Source: a virus (taxonomy: Duplodnaviria; Caudoviricetes). Taken from it: a stretch of DNA of 25,374 nucleotides. Numbering within the stretch: the first letter of the stretch is position 1; every line of letters starts with the position of its first letter. This document shows, piece after piece, positions 1-10,321 of this stretch. The stretch lies in the IMG/VR virus record IMGVR_UViG_3300035148_000299, positions 1 to 25,374 of that record. One strand, 5' to 3'. The position numbers were made by a program, and so were the translations under genes. The notes under the pieces are model-generated. The model worked only from the letters and a program-made list of their open reading frames with translations, made no database searches and was not told the origin of the DNA.

Positions 1-277
1 GTACATCGAAGCAAAGATGACTGCTACTTGGTTCAACGAGCTCAAACAGATGCCGAAGAGCCGAGAAGTTATTACTGCCGAGCTGATCTATTACTGGATG
101 ATAACCCTAAACATTCCATTCGAATGTCAGCATTGGCACCTAAACCGTTTGTTCACTTTGATTCGTATATTCTCGATCAAGAACGCTAAACCGAAGAAGA
201 TGACAAGAAGCGAAATCTTGGCCCACAACCGAGCTTTGAATGCGCAAAGAAAAGCTCAGCTTGGGACTAACGGGTAG
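1..277 (+). CDS. Tail assembly chaperone-like protein, C-terminal part (probably 5'-truncated by the window)
   Basis: The frame is open back to the window edge. The [33 protein letters not shown] pattern resembles conserved siphovirus tail-region proteins. It lies upstream of the tape measure gene. Confidence 0.55.
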   Translation, partial: YIEAKMTATWFNELKQMPKSREVITAELIYYWMITLNIPFECQHWHLNRLFTLIRIFSIKNAKPKKMTRSEILAHNRALNAQRKAQLGTNG

Positions 278-288
278 AAAGGAGAGTC

Positions 289-1074
289 ATGGCGAAACTC
301 GTTTGGAACGAACCCAATCAAAACCGGTACGAGTATGGCGTCGACCGTGGTGTTTACTATCCCTACCCGAATTTGGGGTTTGCTTGGAATGGCCTGATTT
401 CGGTTGAGCAGACTTCGACTGGAGGAGAGGTTACGCCTCTATATTTCGAGGGTACCAAATATCTCGATGTTAAGGCTTATACCGATTTTGGTTTGAAAGT
501 TACAGCATATAGTCCGCCTCCGATGTTTTCTGATGCGATCGGTGACTATTCAGTTGTTCCCGGCTTTATCTTGACAAAGCAGAGAAAGACTAGATTCAAC
601 TTTTCGTACCGAACGTTCCAAGGCGGAATAGATGGGTACAAGATTCATTTCGTATACAACATTATTGCTATTCCTGTGGATAGATCATATTCTACAACCG
701 ATGGATCCTCGAAAGCTGAGACTTTTTCTTGGGAGTTCAGTGCTGTTCCGCAAAAAGCAGCCAATTTCAGGCCGACGGCGCATTATATTCTCGACTCGAC
801 AAAGCTGAATACAAAAGCTCTGCAAGTAATCGAGGATATTCTGTATGGTTACGAAGATCAAAACCCTAGGATCCCGGATCCAGATGAACTGTTGAGCCTA
901 AGTGGTTCTTGGGAACCGCAAATTCTTATTCCTCATTGGAACAATGGGCTTGCTGATCTAGTGCTTGGTTACGGAGATCTTTACCAAACCGGAGTCAAAG
1001 GTATATTTTCAACTTTGCCAGGAAGTAAGCTCAAACCAACAAGCAAACCTGGTATATTTAGATTGGAGCCTTGA
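289..1074 (+). CDS. Major tail (tube) protein-like paralog 1
   Basis: RBS AAGGAG. N-terminus LVW..RYEYGVDRGV..AWNGL.SV..GGE.TPLY..KYL is typical of tail tube proteins in this phage group. Clearly similar to 2684..3613. Confidence 0.7.
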   Translation: MAKLVWNEPNQNRYEYGVDRGVYYPYPNLGFAWNGLISVEQTSTGGEVTPLYFEGTKYLDVKAYTDFGLKVTAYSPPPMFSDAIGDYSVVPGFILTKQRKTRFNFSYRTFQGGIDGYKIHFVYNIIAIPVDRSYSTTDGSSKAETFSWEFSAVPQKAANFRPTAHYILDSTKLNTKALQVIEDILYGYEDQNPRIPDPDELLSLSGSWEPQILIPHWNNGLADLVLGYGDLYQTGVKGIFSTLPGSKLKPTSKPGIFRLEP

Positions 1075-1868
1075 TGCCCTACAGCCTCTATCCAGCAATC
1101 GACGAAAACTATAATTTTCCTCCAGAAGTTCGTCGAGCTTTGTCCGTAGCTCCAGAGTTGCGCAACTCAATTACCCCATTGTCGAATTCTGAGCGGGACA
1201 ATTTGCCTCCGGCAGAACTTTGGAATGGACGAGTAATTGCCAACACTACGACAAATCGTCTAGAACGTTACAATGGACCAACTTCGTTGTGGGATCCCAT
1301 TGCTTCAGATCATATTTATGCTACGCCAGCCGAACGGGATGCGTCGTTGCCAAGCCCAAGCGACGGCGATACATGTTATGTCATCAGCTTAAAGCAACAT
1401 CAAGGTTATCATTCAGCAGCTGGTTGGTACCCGTTTGGTGGGGCTATTCCAACTGCATTGATCAAGTTTGGTGCAATTTCAAATTTGGGCACAAATCCTA
1501 ATACGGGTACAAGAATTGCAGCGGAGCCATCATCTAAGCAGATTGTTGGCGGTTTTATTTGGGATTCAACAAACCATGTATTGCAGATCCCAAAGGGTGT
1601 TTACAATGTCAGCGGTCACGCTAGTTTTTCTGGAAGTGCTGGCCCAAATAGCAATTTCAATGTCGGAATTGGAACAAAGAACGGAAATTTGTTTTGGGGG
1701 TCAACGGTTCATGGATCCGCAGGTCGTTCTCACGTTTCTTCCATTATAACATCTACTGGTGAAGGGGATTCTGCTACTTTGTCTCTATGGTACTTCAGTA
1801 CAGATAATACCATGACAATCTCAGAGTCGTACATAGCTATTGCTTGGGCCGGAAGTTACCTTCCTTAA
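1074..1868 (+). CDS. Minor virion/tail protein, possible adhesion or receptor-binding protein
   Basis: TGATG overlap with the upstream stop. Located in the tail module. Gly/Ser-rich, beta-like C-terminus (PKGVYNVSGHASF). Confidence 0.5.
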   Translation: MPYSLYPAIDENYNFPPEVRRALSVAPELRNSITPLSNSERDNLPPAELWNGRVIANTTTNRLERYNGPTSLWDPIASDHIYATPAERDASLPSPSDGDTCYVISLKQHQGYHSAAGWYPFGGAIPTALIKFGAISNLGTNPNTGTRIAAEPSSKQIVGGFIWDSTNHVLQIPKGVYNVSGHASFSGSAGPNSNFNVGIGTKNGNLFWGSTVHGSAGRSHVSSIITSTGEGDSATLSLWYFSTDNTMTISESYIAIAWAGSYLP

Positions 1869-1882
1869 CCGAAAGGAATCAA

Positions 1883-2665
1883 ATGTATCCTATTCATGGT
1901 GTTGGTATCTCGACAAGGTTCGGAGTTCGTGGCAGGCATTGGTCTTGTCTTCGAGATGGAAGCGGAAATGGAATCCATACCGGAGTAGATTTCCCATGTC
2001 CATCAGGAACGCATATTTATGCTCCGATTGATGGACAGATTCGGCATCGATCTTATGGATCGGCGTTTGGCAATCATCAGTTCGCAATTAGTCCAGACAA
2101 GGGACAGCCATTCGGTGATGGAGAAGTATTTTTCGCCCATGCTAGTAGCCGGCTCCCAGATGGGACTCGCGTGAAGGCTGGAGATTATATTGGGACTGTC
2201 GGCTCAGAGGGCAATGCAACTGGACCGCATCTCCATATGGAGTACATGCCTCGTACCAAGAATACTTGGCATTGCGGAATTCATGAGAATCCTCAACCGG
2301 TTCTTGATTGGCAGCCAGCTCAACCGTCGCATCCTGCAAACGATGGACCTTACGTGACCAAGGACATCTACACGAGCAAGCTCGGTTTCGGTGAACCGTC
2401 GAATGGAGATACTTCGTCTGACACTGTCAAGGAACTTCAGCATCGACTAAATCGGATCCCTCTTCGTGGTGGAGTCAATCTTCCGATCACGGGCAAGTAT
2501 CTCGACATGACTGAAGCTGAAGTTTGCAAGTGGCAGGAGCAGATCTGCCGAGACACTCCGGATCCGGTCCATAAGTCGTATCTAGGCCCTTCGCAAAGGG
2601 CTAAGATGTTCCCAGCCAACATCTATACGATCCATGATGATGGCTTGCCGCATGTAGCCGGATAA
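1883..2665 (+). CDS. M23 family peptidase (endolysin-like) with probable C-terminal peptidoglycan-binding domain
   Basis: RBS GAAAGGA at 1871-1877. M23 zinc motifs HTGVD and GNATGPHLH. C-terminal VKELQHRLN..ITG.Y...TEAEV..WQ resembles PG_binding_1. Confidence 0.85.
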   Translation: MYPIHGVGISTRFGVRGRHWSCLRDGSGNGIHTGVDFPCPSGTHIYAPIDGQIRHRSYGSAFGNHQFAISPDKGQPFGDGEVFFAHASSRLPDGTRVKAGDYIGTVGSEGNATGPHLHMEYMPRTKNTWHCGIHENPQPVLDWQPAQPSHPANDGPYVTKDIYTSKLGFGEPSNGDTSSDTVKELQHRLNRIPLRGGVNLPITGKYLDMTEAEVCKWQEQICRDTPDPVHKSYLGPSQRAKMFPANIYTIHDDGLPHVAG

Positions 2666-2683
2666 ACGTTATGAGGAGTTTCT

Positions 2684-3613
2684 ATGGCTAGACTGGTATG
2701 GGACGAAACAGCTAAACGGTTCTTCGAGTCTGGTGTCGATAGAGGCGTTCTCTATTTGTCGGATAACACAGGTGTTGCTTGGAATGGTCTCTTGTCTGTT
2801 GAGGAAACTTTCACTGGGGAAGAGACCACTCCATTGTATAAAGACGGCGATAAGTACTTGGATCTCTACGGTTTTGGAGATTTCAACGCGAAGATTGTAG
2901 CTTTCACTTATCCAGACGAATTCATGGATTACGATGGTTACGGCTCGTTGAATGGAGCACTGTTCGTCGACAATCAGAACCCCAAGATGTTTGGCTTGAG
3001 CTACAGGACACTTTTAGGGTCTGAAACATCGCCTTTGGGAAACGATTACCAGATTCATCTACTTTACAATCTTACCGTTAGATCAGAGCCCAGAAACTTT
3101 CAAAATGGGAGTAATTTACCATCACCAGTGAATTTTGCTTGGTCTGTTTCTGGGCTTCCTGTTCGAATCGAGAAGTATCGAGCTACTTCGCACGTTATTC
3201 TGGATTCAAGATACTTGCAAGAAGATGTCCTTGCGAAAATCGAATTGCTTCTCTACGGTCACGATCGCATGGAAGAAGAAATCATCGATGGTGGTTCTCC
3301 TTCCAAGGTAGATTCATTTTTCATCGATGGTGGAACAAGCGAAGAACCAGATGCCAATTTTGGTATTCTAGATGGAAACGATGTTAATTGGATTGAGGCT
3401 ACTGTTGCTGAACTTCCATCCATAACAACATTGATTGGCCTTATTGTTAATTGGAGTCCTTTCGGGATTCTTCCAGATCTTTCGACAGGTATAGCCACTT
3501 TAACCCCCGGAGGATCTGACCTGGCCCCAAGTCATATTTACGGGCTTTATTCAGCATTGCCGACATCTCGTCTAGTAGAAACCACAGTAAATGGAGTCTA
3601 TAGGCTTTCTTAA
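2684..3613 (+). CDS. Major tail (tube) protein-like paralog 2
   Basis: RBS GAGGAG. MARLVWDE..RFFESGVDRGVLY..GVAWNGLLSVEE. Shares N- and C-terminal motifs with 289..1074. Confidence 0.7.
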   Translation: MARLVWDETAKRFFESGVDRGVLYLSDNTGVAWNGLLSVEETFTGEETTPLYKDGDKYLDLYGFGDFNAKIVAFTYPDEFMDYDGYGSLNGALFVDNQNPKMFGLSYRTLLGSETSPLGNDYQIHLLYNLTVRSEPRNFQNGSNLPSPVNFAWSVSGLPVRIEKYRATSHVILDSRYLQEDVLAKIELLLYGHDRMEEEIIDGGSPSKVDSFFIDGGTSEEPDANFGILDGNDVNWIEATVAELPSITTLIGLIVNWSPFGILPDLSTGIATLTPGGSDLAPSHIYGLYSALPTSRLVETTVNGVYRLS

Positions 3614-3630
3614 CGTTGAACGGAGCAGCA

Positions 3631-4008
3631 ATGCTTGTTATCCAATCGACTGGAGACTTTCGGAATACGGAACGTTTTCTGTCTAAGATGTCTAAGCGAA
3701 GCATATTCAAGAATCTTGAGCGATACGCGAAAGAAGGAGTAGATGCTCTGGCCCGCGCAACGCCTCAAGATACTGGTGTGACTGCTACTGGTTGGGAATA
3801 CTCCATCGCGGAGACTAACGGTTCATACTCCATCACTTGGACTAATAGGCACGTTGTCGGTGGTGTTCCCCTAGTTATTCTGCTCCAATACGGACATGGT
3901 ACCGGGACGGGTGGGTACGTCCATGGTGTCGACTTCATCAACCCAGCTATAAAGCCTATATTTGACAAAATCGCTGACAGTGTGTGGAAAGAGGTGACTT
4001 CGGCATGA
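3631..4008 (+). CDS. HK97 gp10-like neck/tail completion protein
   Basis: GGAG at 3622-3625. Motifs ATPQDTG, LQYGHGT..GGYV.G.DFINPA. Confidence 0.7.
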   Translation: MLVIQSTGDFRNTERFLSKMSKRSIFKNLERYAKEGVDALARATPQDTGVTATGWEYSIAETNGSYSITWTNRHVVGGVPLVILLQYGHGTGTGGYVHGVDFINPAIKPIFDKIADSVWKEVTSA

Positions 4009-7000
4009 GTGGTGTTGACAATCGCATTGTTAGCATGAAGTTCGACAATGCTCAGTTCCAAAAGGGTGTCCAACAGACGATCGACAGCATGGATCGTCTC
4101 AAGAAAAGCACGGATGTAAGCAAGTCTGTTGCTAGTTTTGGGGAGTTGGACGCCGCTGCAAAGCGGATCAATCTTGGTCCTCTTGAGGGAAGCGTAACTA
4201 GCGTATCCAAGAGTTTTATGGCCATGTCTACCGTGGCTATTACAGCATTGTCGAACATTACCACTCAAGCGATGGCCACTGGAGCTCAGCTGGTCAAATC
4301 TTTTACGCTTGATCCGGTGATTGCTGGTTTCCATGAGTATGAGACTCAACTGAATTCCGTCCAGACCATCATGGCCAACACCAGTTCTAAAGGCACTACG
4401 CTGGATCAGGTCAATGATGCTCTTGACGAATTGAATGAATATTCTGACAAGACAATTTACAATTTCGGTGAGATGACCCGGAATATCGGGACATTCACGG
4501 CTGCAGGCGTTGATCTGGATACGTCAGTTTCGGCTATCAAGGGTATTTCTAACTTGGCTGCTGTTTCTGGCTCTAATTCTCAGCAAGCAGCTACAGCGAT
4601 GTACCAACTCTCGCAGGCAATTGCTAACGGTACGGTCCACTTGATGGACTGGAACTCAGTTGTCAATGCAGGTATGGGTGGTGAGGTATTCCAAGATTCA
4701 TTGAAAGAGACGGCTCGTGTTCATGGCGTAGCCATCGACGATATTATCGCTAAAGAAGGTAGTTTCCGAGAATCATTGACGACTGGCTGGTTGAGTAGCG
4801 AAATCTTGCTAGAAACACTTAGCAAGTTCACTGGAGATCTTAGCGAAGAGCAACTTCGGCAAATGGGCTATACCGAAGAGCAGATTGTCGCCATCACAAA
4901 AATGGGCGAGACTGCTGTTGATGCGGCTACCAAGGTCAAGACATTTTCTCAACTTATGGGTACGCTTAAGGAGACTGCAGGCTCTGGGTGGGCTCAGACT
5001 TGGGAAATTGTATTTGGTGACTTTGAGGAAGCAAAAGTCCTTTGGACTGACATCAACAACGTTCTTGGCGGCATGATTGCTGAAACGGCCGAAGCCAGAA
5101 ACCAAATGCTTTCCGGATGGAAAGATCTTGGTGGCAGAACGCTTATGATCGATGCTCTCAAGAACTCATTCGATGCATTGATGTCGGTATTGACCCCTAT
5201 CAAGGAAGCTTTCCGAGAGATATTTCCTAGGAAGACTGCCCAAGAGCTTTACGACGGGACCAAGGCTCTTGCAGACTTTACAGCCGGGCTCAAGCTCAGC
5301 GATGCTGCAGCAGATGGCCTTAAGCGGACTTTCGCTGGGCTATTCGCAGCATTCGATATTGTCAAGCAGGTCATTGAGGGTTTCCTGAGTGTTATTGGCA
5401 GGATGCTTGGAGCTCTTGGTAACGGTGAAGAAGGAATTCTGAACTTCACTGGTGGTCTTGGCGATTTTATTGTCTCGATTGATACGGCACTTCGTGAAGG
5501 CGAGGGCCTTACTAAATTCTTTGAAGTCCTTGGGAATATCCTTGTAATTCCGCTCAACGCAATTAAAATGCTCGCGAATGCTATGAGCAGTCTATTTTCT
5601 GGATTCAAGAAGGATGACGCTGATACAGTTTCAGATTCCATCGGTAAGATCGGAGAGTCTGGCGAAGAGGCCGAGAAGGGTCTAAGCCTTGTAGGAAATG
5701 CTGTAACGACAGTCGGTGATGTTTTCGGCAAATTTGTTGCGTCAATCGAGCCTACTGTTCAGAAGGTTGTGGACCTGTTCACAGAACTTGGTCACAGTAT
5801 CGTTGATATTTTCCAGGGAATCAACTTTGATGCTGTGCTTAGCACGATCAATACTGGTTTGTTCGCAGCATTGACCTACATGGCCCACAATTTCATGAAG
5901 GACTTCAAGGGTGGGCTATTCAATGTCGAAGGCTTGAACGATATTGTTGGTAATCTAAACGATATTTTCGAAGGACTTTCTGGTACTCTTCAGGCATTCC
6001 AAAGCAAGGTTAAAGCAGAAGCCTTGATGGAGATCGCAAAGGCTCTTGCAGTTCTTACAGCCGCAATTGTGGTTCTTGCTGCGATCGACCCGGTACGGCT
6101 AACGACGGCATTGACTGCAGTCGGGGCTGCTTTCGGAGAACTGCTTATCGGCTTCAACATGCTAAATAAGTTCACTTCGGTAGTCAAGTCCATCAAGCTT
6201 GATATTGTGGCGGTTGGTATTACAGCACTTGCTACTGCATTGCTTGTGATGTCCTTTGCAATCAGAAGTCTTGCCAGTTTGAACTGGGGCGAACTTGTAC
6301 GAGGCATGACCGGGCTGATGGCCCTTATGGGCGGCCTTTCGCTTATGATCAAGCCTCTTGCTGCAAGTTCTAAGGGACTTATCCGCACGGCTATTGGGGT
6401 AGGGGTTCTTGGTGGAGCCCTCATGATTATGGCTAGCGCTGTCAGAACCATGGGTGAACTATCCATGGGAACGATTGCTACTGGTCTGTTCGCTATATCT
6501 GCGTCTATCACAGCAACAGCTATCGCTATGCGACTCATTCCTAAAAATGCCATTAAGGTCTCGATGCAGATCTCGTTCTTGGCATCCTCGCTGAGTGTTC
6601 TGGCTGCGGCAGTTAGTATGCTCGGGCAGCTAAGTTTCGCAGACATGGCTACTGGTTTGGCTGGTATTGCTGGTGCAATCGTTATGGTGGCTGGCGCTGT
6701 ACGTATTATGCCCAAGAATATTGCCAAGATTTCATTCGAGCTCCTTGCCGTATCCGTCTCTTTGACGATCATGGGTCAAGCATTGCAAACGATGGGTAAT
6801 CTTTCCATCGAGCAGATGGGCGTGGCACTTCTTGGACTCGCTGGCTCGCTCGGCATTCTTGCAGCCTCGTTGAACCTTATGCGAGGGACTCTAGGCGGAT
6901 CTATGGCTATGGTTGCAGCCGCGGGCGCTTTGATGTTGCTTACTCCAGTGCTCTTGATGTTGGGGTCTATGGGTCTTGACGATATTGGTAAAGCACTCTT

Positions 7001-8330
7001 GGCATTAGCATCAGCTCTTGGAGTTATGGCTGGCGCTGCAATGCTTATGACACCAATTATTCCGGTTATGCTTGGAACGGCAGCGGCAGTAGCAGCTTTT
7101 GGTGCAGCAATGCTCATTGCAGGTACGGCAGCGCTTGTATTTGCTACAGCAATGTCTATTATCGCAAGTGTCGGCGTTGCTGCTGGAGCGGCTATAGGTG
7201 CCGTATTTGCAGGGCTTATCGGTCAGTTGCCTGCATTCGTGCAAGCAGTTGCAGAAGCATTTGTAGCTATTCTGCAGACAATTGTAATGTCTGGTCCTAC
7301 TCTTGCAGCAGCTTTGGTTACGGTAATCGGTAGTGTTGCCGAGGCAATCGCATCGACGGCTCCTCAAATGGTGCAAGCTTTGGTCGGCATTTTAACTGCG
7401 CTTTTACAAGCGATTATTCAAACGGCTCCTATGTTTGGCGAAGCATTCATGGTTCTTCTCCAAGAGATCCTTAGGGTTCTTACAGAAGGCGTTCCCATGA
7501 TCGCTGGGGCAGCACTTCAGTTGATCATTGGTTTCTTGAATGAGATTGCAGCAAATATCGGCAATGTTGTTACTTCAGCTGTAGAGGTTGTTCTGGCATT
7601 TGTTAGAGGAATTGAAGAAAGTATTCCAATGATTGTCGATGAAGGCGCTAAGATGGTCATCGATTTGGTCAATGGAATTGCTGATGCAATCGAAGATAAT
7701 GCTGAAGAACTTGGTCGAGCTGGCATCCGTCTTGGCAAATCACTTATCTCTGGCGTTATCCAAGCTATTACCGGTGGTATTAGCGAGGTCATTGATTCGG
7801 TGTCAAATATGGCGCATAGTGCTATCAACGCCGTGACAGGCATTTTCGACTCGCATTCGCCATCTAGGGTATTTATCGGGATTGGCGAGAACCTTGTGGA
7901 AGGTCTGGTTCTTGGTGTCGATAATAATGCAAATTCGGCGGTATCTTCAGCGGAAAATATGGGTATTGCTGTTGTGGATAGTATGAAGAATACCATGACG
8001 AATATTTCCACCGAATTGAGCAAGGGTATCGATACGAATCCTGTTATTCGGCCTGTTATCGACTTGACTGAGGCTAAGAAGGGTGCAAGCAGTCTCAACA
8101 GTCTTATTTCGGATAATCCGATTTCAGCAAGGGTATCTTATGGCGAGGCGGCAACTATATCTTCGGATTCGACGGTCGCTGAGACAGCTACGGCAACCCC
8201 AACTCAGACACCTTCAACTGTTGTGAATTTCACTCAGACCAACACCTCGCCAAAGGCTCTTTCCACTGTAGAGATCTATCGGCAGACTAAGAACCAGTTG
8301 TCCTTGGCTAAGGAGGCATTGAAGGTATGA
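4005..8330 (+). CDS. Tape measure protein (1441 aa)
   Basis: ATGA overlap and RBS GAGGTG. Very long Ala/Gly/Leu-rich helical protein with a tape-measure N-terminal domain (YSDKTIYNFGEMT, AMYQLSQA) and a C-terminal HSPSRVF motif. Confidence 0.95.
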   Translation: MSGVDNRIVSMKFDNAQFQKGVQQTIDSMDRLKKSTDVSKSVASFGELDAAAKRINLGPLEGSVTSVSKSFMAMSTVAITALSNITTQAMATGAQLVKSFTLDPVIAGFHEYETQLNSVQTIMANTSSKGTTLDQVNDALDELNEYSDKTIYNFGEMTRNIGTFTAAGVDLDTSVSAIKGISNLAAVSGSNSQQAATAMYQLSQAIANGTVHLMDWNSVVNAGMGGEVFQDSLKETARVHGVAIDDIIAKEGSFRESLTTGWLSSEILLETLSKFTGDLSEEQLRQMGYTEEQIVAITKMGETAVDAATKVKTFSQLMGTLKETAGSGWAQTWEIVFGDFEEAKVLWTDINNVLGGMIAETAEARNQMLSGWKDLGGRTLMIDALKNSFDALMSVLTPIKEAFREIFPRKTAQELYDGTKALADFTAGLKLSDAAADGLKRTFAGLFAAFDIVKQVIEGFLSVIGRMLGALGNGEEGILNFTGGLGDFIVSIDTALREGEGLTKFFEVLGNILVIPLNAIKMLANAMSSLFSGFKKDDADTVSDSIGKIGESGEEAEKGLSLVGNAVTTVGDVFGKFVASIEPTVQKVVDLFTELGHSIVDIFQGINFDAVLSTINTGLFAALTYMAHNFMKDFKGGLFNVEGLNDIVGNLNDIFEGLSGTLQAFQSKVKAEALMEIAKALAVLTAAIVVLAAIDPVRLTTALTAVGAAFGELLIGFNMLNKFTSVVKSIKLDIVAVGITALATALLVMSFAIRSLASLNWGELVRGMTGLMALMGGLSLMIKPLAASSKGLIRTAIGVGVLGGALMIMASAVRTMGELSMGTIATGLFAISASITATAIAMRLIPKNAIKVSMQISFLASSLSVLAAAVSMLGQLSFADMATGLAGIAGAIVMVAGAVRIMPKNIAKISFELLAVSVSLTIMGQALQTMGNLSIEQMGVALLGLAGSLGILAASLNLMRGTLGGSMAMVAAAGALMLLTPVLLMLGSMGLDDIGKALLALASALGVMAGAAMLMTPIIPVMLGTAAAVAAFGAAMLIAGTAALVFATAMSIIASVGVAAGAAIGAVFAGLIGQLPAFVQAVAEAFVAILQTIVMSGPTLAAALVTVIGSVAEAIASTAPQMVQALVGILTALLQAIIQTAPMFGEAFMVLLQEILRVLTEGVPMIAGAALQLIIGFLNEIAANIGNVVTSAVEVVLAFVRGIEESIPMIVDEGAKMVIDLVNGIADAIEDNAEELGRAGIRLGKSLISGVIQAITGGISEVIDSVSNMAHSAINAVTGIFDSHSPSRVFIGIGENLVEGLVLGVDNNANSAVSSAENMGIAVVDSMKNTMTNISTELSKGIDTNPVIRPVIDLTEAKKGASSLNSLISDNPISARVSYGEAATISSDSTVAETATATPTQTPSTVVNFTQTNTSPKALSTVEIYRQTKNQLSLAKEALKV

Positions 8331-9133
8331 AATTTACACGTTTGAAGCTAATTGGCTTTCATGAAACCAATCTTCCAGTAGTAGGTGCTCTACCTTCAGA
8401 TCCTTATATTTTCAAGGGAGCAGATGGACTTGGTCCTCCTGAGATTGACGTCATCATCGCAAATACTTTGAATGCTGGCGGATATTATCAGGGCAGACGT
8501 CCTCAAAATAGAGAAATTGTGATTCGGATTGGTCTGAATCCAGATTTCGGGTCGTCTCTAACCGCCGCAGACCTTCGCAGCGAGCTTTACGGGTTGCTAT
8601 CGCCAAATACCTCAGATGCAATTACAATTCAAATTCTCAATGAGAACCAGATCGTGGCCTATACGACTGGCTACGTCAAGAAGTTGGAGATTGCTCCGTT
8701 CAGTCCTACGCCTGAAGTCCAGGTGACAATTGCTAGTCTGTACTCATATTTGTTAGCTCCAGATTCAGTAAGTTTGGCACCAGCGAATTTGGCGGTATTC
8801 GATATCGAGAATCTTGGGACTGCGCCGACACCTTTCTACATGGAAATCTTGTTCAGGGCCGATACAAGTCAATTCGTATTGACGGACGATTTGAACCGCC
8901 CAATGAAGGTCACGTATGACTTCAAAGATGGTGATCGTCTGGTCATTAATACAGAGCCTGGGTCGAGAGGTGTTTGGCGCATTCACAATGAAAACAAAGT
9001 AAGCATCATTCACGCTTTGAGTACGGATTCGATTTGGCACGTTTTCCATAGTGGCACGAATCGTTTCGGGACGAATGTTCAAACGTTTGAATGGCGAGAT
9101 TTCCATTACACGCCTAGGTATTGGGGGATCTGA
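8327..9133 (+). CDS. Distal tail protein (Dit)-like minor tail protein
   Basis: Immediately follows the tape measure gene (ATGA overlap). ADGLGPP..R....REIVIRI and NLGTAPT motifs. Typical size. Confidence 0.75.
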   Translation: MKFTRLKLIGFHETNLPVVGALPSDPYIFKGADGLGPPEIDVIIANTLNAGGYYQGRRPQNREIVIRIGLNPDFGSSLTAADLRSELYGLLSPNTSDAITIQILNENQIVAYTTGYVKKLEIAPFSPTPEVQVTIASLYSYLLAPDSVSLAPANLAVFDIENLGTAPTPFYMEILFRADTSQFVLTDDLNRPMKVTYDFKDGDRLVINTEPGSRGVWRIHNENKVSIIHALSTDSIWHVFHSGTNRFGTNVQTFEWRDFHYTPRYWGI

Positions 9134-10314
9134 TGGACGTTATGGTTCTCAACCCTAGCACATATTTGCCGTGGGAGCTGGTCGAGGGTTATGATTCCAT
9201 GATCTGGACCGAGCGATATTTGGAAGCTAGCGAATTCAAGCTCAAATCCAGCCAAATCCAATACACAAAATCTAAGTTGCCAGTAGGTACATTTATATCC
9301 TTGCGAGACTCAAAAGAAGTAATGGTTGTAGAATCTTGCAATATTACTGAGGATGAAGAAGGCACTAAGATAGTCGAGGTTTCGGGACGTTCTTATGAAT
9401 CTTTCTTGGAAAACCGGGTTATGTTTGCTTTGGAGTACCAGAAGCCTTGGAAGGTTCGTAAGAACTACCGATATTCAGAAGCTATGGCATTTCTCATCTG
9501 GACATATTTGGTAAGTAAGGGGAACCAAGATGCGTCTAAAGATGTCGGTGTAATTTCGGACAAGTATGGTTTAGAAAATGTTTGTGTTTCGCTGTCTACT
9601 TCGGTATCCGAGCAACCACAGGAATTGTGGTTCGAAGCCGGAAATGTTTATGACAAATTCCTTGAGTTTGGGAATCTAGGCAAGCTTGGGATCCGATGCA
9701 TTCGTCCATCCGAGGGAACTGCTAAAGTTGTTCACTTTGATATTTCGGCAGCTACAAGCCGAGGTAATATGCTTTCTGAGTCAAAAGCTGGAATAACCGA
9801 GCTTCGCTTCGATATTTTTACTGGTGTAAATCGGACCAAAGATCAGACCAATCGCAAGCCAGTCATTTTCCATTACTCTTCAGGAGATCTCAAAACACCA
9901 TCATATTTGGAGTCGATAAAGGATTACAAGACTTCTGTTATGGTTGTCTCCTCGATCGGGGCTTGGGAGATATTTCCTTCGGCAAACTCAGATACGACAA
10001 TCGCCGGCACAAGGCGTAGGCAGTTATTCATGGATGGTGGTTCTCCAGCTGAAAATCAGACTAATGATGATTTCGTAAAGCAATTTACCGAATTAGCTCG
10101 AAAAGAGCTGGCTGCTCATAAGAAGGTTCATTTGTTCGATGGGGAAGTTTCTCCAACTTCTCAATACGTGTATGGAAGGGACTATTTCCTAGGAGATAAA
10201 ATTTCCATCATTGCCGAATTTGACTTTGTAGAAAACATGCAAGTGACCGAGTATATTCGCACCGAGGATGTAGAAGGGGATCGGGGTTACCCAACGCTTA
10301 GTATTATCGAATAG
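9133..10314 (+). CDS. Minor tail/hub protein, siphovirus ReqiPepy6 Gp37-like
   Basis: TGATG overlap with Dit. SMIWTERY...EFKL at the N-terminus and YVYGRDYFLGD..VTEYI...D..G...YPT at the C-terminus. Confidence 0.75.
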   Translation: MDVMVLNPSTYLPWELVEGYDSMIWTERYLEASEFKLKSSQIQYTKSKLPVGTFISLRDSKEVMVVESCNITEDEEGTKIVEVSGRSYESFLENRVMFALEYQKPWKVRKNYRYSEAMAFLIWTYLVSKGNQDASKDVGVISDKYGLENVCVSLSTSVSEQPQELWFEAGNVYDKFLEFGNLGKLGIRCIRPSEGTAKVVHFDISAATSRGNMLSESKAGITELRFDIFTGVNRTKDQTNRKPVIFHYSSGDLKTPSYLESIKDYKTSVMVVSSIGAWEIFPSANSDTTIAGTRRRQLFMDGGSPAENQTNDDFVKQFTELARKELAAHKKVHLFDGEVSPTSQYVYGRDYFLGDKISIIAEFDFVENMQVTEYIRTEDVEGDRGYPTLSIIE

Positions 10315-10321
10315 GAGAAAA

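Noticed and set aside
1-277. Programmed tail-chaperone frameshift
   Set aside because: Any slippery site would lie upstream of the window, so it cannot be assessed.
1867-1877. AACCGAAAGGA before the lysin, matching the cassette leader
   Set aside because: No upstream TCGC/ACA/TATAAT and no A hairpin, so it is only a preferred RBS context.
3765-8098. Long minus-strand ORFs inside the tape measure region
   Set aside because: Shadow frames of an Ala/Gly/Leu-rich gene, with no motifs or independent signals.
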